Shown piece by piece: positions 58,927-64,000 of a stretch of 64,000 nucleotides of DNA (position 1 is the stretch's first letter; each line of letters opens with the position of its first letter). The translations under genes were made by a program, and so were the position numbers. This DNA is from an uncultured Limnohabitans sp. (GTDB taxonomy: Bacteria > Pseudomonadota > Gammaproteobacteria > Burkholderiales > Burkholderiaceae_C), in NCBI GenBank assembly GCA_963513725.1, contig CAUPRM010000004.1:102348-166347 (forward strand). Direction: 5' to 3'. Below the pieces are notes generated by a model, which saw nothing but the letters and a program-made list of their open reading frames with translations, did no database searches and was not told the DNA's origin.

Positions 58927-60301
58927 TCGGCCCAATCCTGCACGCGCAACCAAGGTGTGGCATCCCAATCTCGGCGTGTTGGCGGATGACACCGTCCGTG
59001 GTTTCACGTCCAGCCGTTGGCAAGGCGGCGAGGCGCAAGGCTTTGCAAGCGACACGTTTGGCAGCCACGACTCGGGGTTCATTCGTGACGATCACCCCGT
59101 CTCTCACGATGCTTTGTCAGAGAGCGCACAGCGTGCGTTCAGTTTGCTGGACGATGTCAAAAAACAGCACGCATTGGCTAAAAAAGCGTTGGAAGAACAA
59201 GAGGCTGCCAGTGCCAATGCCCACTTGCCTTTCGTGTTGGATGTGTACGAGGCACCCGAGCCCAAGCGCGTCGTCGCGGCTGAGCCCGTCGCGCCATCGA
59301 CGCTGACTGAAGCGGTCGATGCACCAGAAACTCAGGCCAACGATGCCGCCCATACCGAAGGCGATGCCGACGAACACGCTGCGTTGACTGACGCTGAGAC
59401 CGTGGCCAGTGAGTTGCCGAAAGTGGCCGATGCCGCCGCCTCTTTTGAAGAAACACAAGACGAATCTGCGCAAGCTTCGTTGCATGCCGCTGCGCAGATG
59501 GCCGATGCGCCTGCACCCGCCGAGGCTGCTGCTGCAGCACCCGTGATCGAAGGGGTGCCCCACGACGAAGTGGCTGAGCGCGAAGCTGCACATTTCGCAC
59601 AAGGCATGGCCCAAGGTTTAGAGCAGGGCATCGAACAAGGCCTGGCGCAGGGTATTGCCCAAGGCATTGAGCAAGGGCTCGCGCAGGGACTTGAACAAGG
59701 TTTGGCTGAAGGCCGTGAGCAAGGCATGAAAGAAGGCTTGGCCTTGGCGGAAGAACAAGCACGCGAGGCGCAAGCACTCGCCGAGCAAGAGGTCACGACC
59801 AAAAACGAGGTGATGGCCGAAGTGTCTGCCAAGCTCAATGCGTTGTTGGAAGACCCTACCCAATTCTTTGAACCCCTCAAACGCTTGGCTTTGCATTTGG
59901 CCGAGCAAGTGGTGAAGTGCGAGTTGCGCACCTCTGGCCATGCCATGGAACAACTGGTGCAGCGTTGTTTGGACGACTTGGACCATCCTGCCAAAGGCGC
60001 TGTGGTGGTCGAGCTCAACCCAGAAGACAAGGCGCGTTTGCAAGCAGACGGCGGTGCCTTCATTCAAGGCATGCGACTCGACGCCGTGCACGACATGAAG
60101 CCGGGCAGCGTGCGCGTGTTTGCGAACGACATGATCGTGGAGGACTTGGTGGAGCATCGCTTAGAAGCGTTGGCGCGCACCATGTTGATCGATGTGGACA
60201 GCTGGCGCAAACAGTCGGCCTTGGCGAAGCCTGAGGCTTTGGAAGTCGCTGAAGACGATGCCGAAAAAGTAACCGAGGAAGCTGCTGATGTACATCCCTG
60301 A
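58919..60301 (+). CDS. fliH: Flagellar assembly protein FliH, extended (~460 aa)
   Basis: Twelve xxxG repeats (AQGMAQGLEQG..MKEG), LALHLAEQVV..EL, VELNPED; probable TTG start at 58919, 8 nt after GGAGG. Confidence 0.85.
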   Translation: MFNRPNPARATKVWHPNLGVLADDTVRGFTSSRWQGGEAQGFASDTFGSHDSGFIRDDHPVSHDALSESAQRAFSLLDDVKKQHALAKKALEEQEAASANAHLPFVLDVYEAPEPKRVVAAEPVAPSTLTEAVDAPETQANDAAHTEGDADEHAALTDAETVASELPKVADAAASFEETQDESAQASLHAAAQMADAPAPAEAAAAAPVIEGVPHDEVAEREAAHFAQGMAQGLEQGIEQGLAQGIAQGIEQGLAQGLEQGLAEGREQGMKEGLALAEEQAREAQALAEQEVTTKNEVMAEVSAKLNALLEDPTQFFEPLKRLALHLAEQVVKCELRTSGHAMEQLVQRCLDDLDHPAKGAVVVELNPEDKARLQADGGAFIQGMRLDAVHDMKPGSVRVFANDMIVEDLVEHRLEALARTMLIDVDSWRKQSALAKPEALEVAEDDAEKVTEEAADVHP

Positions 60302-60947
60302 CGTACTCAATACCCTGTTGATGGGGCTGATTTTCATGGTCATTGTGGTGACCGTGGTGCGCCCCATCATGCTCAATATGCTGACGGGCAATGCCAATCC
60401 GCAAGACATGCAGCGTGCGTTGATTGAGTCGGTGCAAGCGCATGTGCAGCGCGCCACTCAAGAAGTCGCGTCCCAACGCACAGGAAAAATTCGCTACCAA
60501 CAGCTGCTGCTGGAGTTGCCCGAACGTCGTCAACCTTTGGTGCTGCCTGCGCCTCCGGTGGCGGCCGAGGAGGGGGCTGAGCTTGCCGCATCGTCCGATG
60601 TGCCAGATGTCGACGCCACAACGGCGGCTTCGGGGGACTTGGCGGATGGTGCTTCCGCGTCTAACGCAGGCGATGTCTCGATGGCTTCGGATTCAGAGGT
60701 TAACGCTGATGCGCCATCGAGCGACTTAGCCCCAGGTGAGATCGAGATTGCCGAAGGCGAGTCTTTGCATGACATCAAAGAACGCATCAAGCGTGAGAAA
60801 AAGAATGCAGCCAAGCCCACCATTCCGCCTGAGCTGCTGAATGGCGCCAAGAGCTACGAAGACAAAGTGGGTGTGGTGCGCATGGTGGTGCACCAAGACC
60901 AAAGCCGTGTGGCCGCGGTGATTCGCGGCATGATTGAAGTGAAATAA
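60288..60947 (+). CDS. Membrane protein homologous to the TM2 and C-terminal tail of FliF ('mini-FliF')
   Basis: N-terminal TM; C-term EIEIAEGESL..IK..I..LLN.A.SYEDKV..VRMVV..D..RVA.V aligns with this window's FliF C-terminus. Confidence 0.8.
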   Translation: MYIPDVLNTLLMGLIFMVIVVTVVRPIMLNMLTGNANPQDMQRALIESVQAHVQRATQEVASQRTGKIRYQQLLLELPERRQPLVLPAPPVAAEEGAELAASSDVPDVDATTAASGDLADGASASNAGDVSMASDSEVNADAPSSDLAPGEIEIAEGESLHDIKERIKREKKNAAKPTIPPELLNGAKSYEDKVGVVRMVVHQDQSRVAAVIRGMIEVK

Positions 60948-60949
60948 GC

Positions 60950-62269
60950 ATGCTGGACTTTGGCAAAGAAGTCGCCGCCACGCTGCCCAAGTTGCGTGTG
61001 CCCGACCCCAAGCGCAGCGGCACGCTGGTGCGCTTGGTGGGTTTGACCTTGGAGACGCGCGGCATCATGGCCCCCTTGGGCGCTTGCTGTGAGGTGCTGG
61101 GTCAACATGGCCACCGTGTGGAAGCCGAGGTGGTGGGCTTTAACGACAAAACCTTGTACCTCATGCCCTTCACTGATCCCGTAGGTGTGGGCCCAGGCGA
61201 CACCGTGCGGGTCATGAACAATTCAGGCCAAGTGCGTTTGGGTGCGGGCTTGTTGGGGCGCGTGATTGATGGCCGAGGCCAGCCTTTGGACGGTCGACCC
61301 TTGCCGCATTTGCCGGATCAACTGAGTTTGCTCGGATGCCCCTTGAACCCTATGGAGCGTGGCCCCATCGACACGATTTTGGATGTGGGCGTGAAGGCCA
61401 TCAACAGCGTGTTGACGATTGGCCGAGGCCAACGCATCGGCTTGGTGGCGGGTTCTGGTGTGGGTAAAAGTGTGCTCTTGGGCATGTTGACCCGTTTCAC
61501 CAAAGCCGACGTGGTGGTGATTGGTTTGATCGGCGAACGCGGCCGCGAAGTGCAGGCGTTCATTGCGGAATCGTTGGGCGATGAAGGTTTGGCCAAGTCT
61601 GTGGTGATTGCGGCGCCGGCCAACGTGTCGCCCGTGCTGCGCCTCAAGGCCACGCACATGACGCATGTGATCGCCGAGTATTTCCGTGATCAAGGCAAAA
61701 ACGTGTTGATGCTGTGCGACAGCTTGACCCGTGTGGCCCATGCACAGCGCGAGATTGGCTTGGCCATTGGTGAGCCCCCCACGGCCAAAGGCTATCCGCC
61801 GTCCGTGTTTGCGTTGCTGCCCAACTTGATTGAACGGGGTGGCGTGGGCCGTCATGGCTTTGGCTCCATCACCTCCATCTATACGGTGTTGGCCGAAGGC
61901 GACGATGCCTCCGATCCGATTGTGGACATCGCACGCGCGTCCTTGGATGGCCAAGTGATGTTGTCGCGCCGTTTGGCCGACCAAGCGCATTACCCCGCGA
62001 TTGATTTGAATGGTTCCATTTCGCGGGTGATGCAAGTGTTGGTCAGCCCAGATGATTTGCGTCAGTCCAACAAGTTTCGTCGCCTCTGGTCGGTCTACCA
62101 ACAAAACGCGGATTTGGTGCAGGTGGGCGCCTATGAGCATGGCTCGAACCCCGAGCTGGATGAAGCCATCCGCTTGCGCGATCACATGGTGGCGTTTTTG
62201 CGCCAAGAGATGCACGCGCCTGAAGACTACGAAGTCACGCGCGATCAGCTGCGCCACATCCTGTCATGA
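60950..62269 (+). CDS. fliI: Flagellar export ATPase FliI
   Basis: AGSGVGKS, LIGERGREV, DSLTRVAHAQREIGLAIGEPP..KGYPPS, HYPAID..SISRVM. Confidence 0.97.
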   Translation: MLDFGKEVAATLPKLRVPDPKRSGTLVRLVGLTLETRGIMAPLGACCEVLGQHGHRVEAEVVGFNDKTLYLMPFTDPVGVGPGDTVRVMNNSGQVRLGAGLLGRVIDGRGQPLDGRPLPHLPDQLSLLGCPLNPMERGPIDTILDVGVKAINSVLTIGRGQRIGLVAGSGVGKSVLLGMLTRFTKADVVVIGLIGERGREVQAFIAESLGDEGLAKSVVIAAPANVSPVLRLKATHMTHVIAEYFRDQGKNVLMLCDSLTRVAHAQREIGLAIGEPPTAKGYPPSVFALLPNLIERGGVGRHGFGSITSIYTVLAEGDDASDPIVDIARASLDGQVMLSRRLADQAHYPAIDLNGSISRVMQVLVSPDDLRQSNKFRRLWSVYQQNADLVQVGAYEHGSNPELDEAIRLRDHMVAFLRQEMHAPEDYEVTRDQLRHILS

Positions 62270-62706
62270 AGCCCCGCGCCGCTTGGCCGATCTTGGCGAA
62301 AAAAGCCAAAGAAAAGTGTGAAGAGGCGCAGGCCGAAGTGGTGAAGTCGCGTGAGCGTGTGACGCATTTGGAGCAAAGCCGAGAGCGCATGGAAATGCTG
62401 TATCTCGATTACGTGCACCGCTCTAAAGAAGCTGAAAAAAAATTGCACAGCATGGCAGAGACCTTGAACTATCGGGGTTTCATGCAGCAGGTCAAAGCCC
62501 TGGTGCTACGCGTGGACGCCGACTTGGCCAAAGCCAACCAAGATCTAGACGGCAAAAAACTCATGCTGTTGGCGGCAGAGAAAAAACGCATCCAAATGGA
62601 AACTTTGATGGAGCAAGACCTCAAGCAAGTGCGTGCTTTTCATCAGAAGCGCGAACAACGCGAGATGGATGCTGCTGGCGTGATGCTCTACAACCTCAAG
62701 TCTTAA
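62266..62706 (+). CDS. fliJ: Flagellar export protein FliJ
   Basis: 146-aa coiled-coil protein right after fliI (ATGA overlap); NYRGFM, REQREMD. Confidence 0.85.
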   Translation: MKPRAAWPILAKKAKEKCEEAQAEVVKSRERVTHLEQSRERMEMLYLDYVHRSKEAEKKLHSMAETLNYRGFMQQVKALVLRVDADLAKANQDLDGKKLMLLAAEKKRIQMETLMEQDLKQVRAFHQKREQREMDAAGVMLYNLKS

Positions 62707-63435
62707 CTAACTCACCCAGCCCGCTTGCAGCCAATGCCAGTCGTCGGGGCGAAATGCCCATGGGATCCAGTGTGTGGTGGTGCCTGTGGGGAACACGTCT
62801 TGCGTCAAGTGATCGCGCCATTCGCCTTTGGCCCCCACGCTGCCTAACAAAGCTTGTGAGAGATCGGCTTCTTGTGGACCGAGCACTGTCACGCTCGGTT
62901 GGATGTCTGCCACCCGTGCTTGGCCATCCGTGGGGCCTGAGTACACGTCGTGCACGCTGCCCCAGTGGCGGCCTTGCAAGCTGACTTTTAAATGGCGCAA
63001 CTCTTTTTCAGCGCGGGCAATATCGCCAACGCGGAACCGATGTTGCCCCAAAACATTGTCAAACCAAACGCAGGCATTGGGGTGCTCGCGCAACAACTCG
63101 GGCAAGGTGGCCAGCGCGTCTTGACGGTGGTGGGTGACCTGCACACCGTGTTGGCGCAGATGAGGTCCGTGTCGCCATGTGAAGAGTCGACCTGCGAGGG
63201 GGTCGATGTCGTACGCATCAATCCGTTGAAATCGGGTCAGCCAGTTGGGCGGCATCATCCAGCCCGCGCTGCCGCCGATCAGCAGCAGGTGTTGGGTGTG
63301 AGGTTGTACCTTGCTCAAAAACGCATCCAGGTGATTCACGGTCGCTTGCCACCGTGCCTGTGCGCGCCATGCGTGCAGGTGCCAACTCAACCCACCCGTG
63401 CCCCCTGCATGCAGCAGGTCTCGCCATGTGCTCAT
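62707..63435 (-). CDS. Hypothetical protein, possible SAM-methyltransferase fold
   Basis: LLLIGGSAGW...IDAYDIDP motif I/II-like; likely start MSTWRD at 63435. Confidence 0.55.
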   Translation of the reverse strand: MSTWRDLLHAGGTGGLSWHLHAWRAQARWQATVNHLDAFLSKVQPHTQHLLLIGGSAGWMMPPNWLTRFQRIDAYDIDPLAGRLFTWRHGPHLRQHGVQVTHHRQDALATLPELLREHPNACVWFDNVLGQHRFRVGDIARAEKELRHLKVSLQGRHWGSVHDVYSGPTDGQARVADIQPSVTVLGPQEADLSQALLGSVGAKGEWRDHLTQDVFPTGTTTHWIPWAFRPDDWHWLQAGWVS

Positions 63436-63445
63436 TGCCGTCGCC

Positions 63446-63838
63446 TCAGCACACCAAACGCATGATCCTGAAAACAGGGGTGTCGGGTGGTACGGGCTCG
63501 AACGTGCCAATCACGCCCTCGCTGGACAAGATGTTGCCAGTCAAGCGTGTGCCGCTGTGGTACGACAGCGCAAGGGTGCGCACGGTGCTGTGCTTGCAGT
63601 TGAATTCCATCTGCATGCGTGTTGATTTGTAAGTCTTTTTGTTGTGTTGGTTAACTTGCGGGTCGCGGTAATCCAAGGCGGTCCAGACTTTGCTGAGTTC
63701 GCCTGTGCGCGTGAGGGTGTCCATGTCCACATAAAACGTGCCGATGTCAAACAGGCCAATGGCGGTCAAGTTGTGGGCGTAGACCAAGCTGCTGCCCAGC
63801 AAAGCTGCGCTGATGAGGAGTGCTTTGAGTTGTTGCAT
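63446..63838 (-). CDS. Exported small protein (surface-adhesin E-like family)
   Basis: Signal peptide; FYVD..TL.R.G..KVW, EFNCK, FEPVPPDT..RLVC. Confidence 0.6.
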   Translation of the reverse strand: MQQLKALLISAALLGSSLVYAHNLTAIGLFDIGTFYVDMDTLTRTGELSKVWTALDYRDPQVNQHNKKTYKSTRMQMEFNCKHSTVRTLALSYHSGTRLTGNILSSEGVIGTFEPVPPDTPVFRIMRLVC

Positions 63839-63864
63839 GGAATGACTATAGCGTCAGTAAAACT

Positions 63865-63880
63865 TGGCACGCACTTTGCG
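63865..63880 (+). promoter_or_regulatory. sigma54 promoter of the next (flagellar?) operon
   Basis: TGGCAC-GCACT-TTGCG. Confidence 0.8.
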
Positions 63881-63943
63881 AGATATCCTAGGTACAGGCA
63901 CGCCAAGTGTCGGAAAAGCGTCAGTGCGCACAGGAAATTCATC

Positions 63944-64000
63944 ATGCAAAGTTTCGATTGGGGCCAATTCTTCGCCAGCACCTTAGGAGTGTTGTTGTTG
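63944..64000 (+). CDS. 5' end of a membrane protein (possibly FliO-like), partial
   Basis: AGGA RBS, then MQSFDWGQFFASTLGVLLL running off the window, downstream of a sigma54 promoter. Confidence 0.45.
   Translation, partial: MQSFDWGQFFASTLGVLLL

Noticed and set aside
61223-62257. 344-aa antisense ORF (similar ones lie over fliG, flgI and the regulator)
   Set aside because: Lies wholly opposite a highly conserved gene; typical shadow ORF.

Overview
A 64-kb bacterial flagellar locus. Codon style and gene content suggest a betaproteobacterium, possibly Comamonadaceae such as Limnohabitans; this is inference, not verified. Left arm: end of flgD, flgEFGHIJKL (FlgE 1064 aa and FlgK 1025 aa are unusually large), fliD, flaG and a 719-aa flagellin. 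Right arm: a second, 1119-aa flagellin, a sigma54 enhancer-binding protein and fliEFGH-(extra gene)-fliIJ. Between the two flagellins is a ~34-kb island. It encodes three giant paralogous Ser/Thr/Gln/Leu/Ala-rich octapeptide-repeat proteins (2820, ~2015 and 1318 aa), two divergent TPR-GT41 (OGT/SPINDLY-family) glycosyltransferases, GDP-L-fucose (manC, gmd, fcl) and GDP-heptose (tal, gmhA, hddA, gmhB, hddC) pathways, methyltransferases and a small TPR-like protein. Each giant repeat gene has its own sigma28 (FliA)-type promoter with the same architecture as those of fliC, fliD and flaG. The glycosylation genes, the TPR gene, the large flagellin and the fli operon have sigma54 promoters. The best candidate for an undescribed system is therefore a set of late flagellar-regulon giant repeat glycoproteins that may be exported by the flagellum. 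A second candidate is a stand-alone 'mini-FliF' (TM plus cytoplasmic tail) between fliH and fliI. No rRNA, tRNA, CRISPR array or transposase was recognised.
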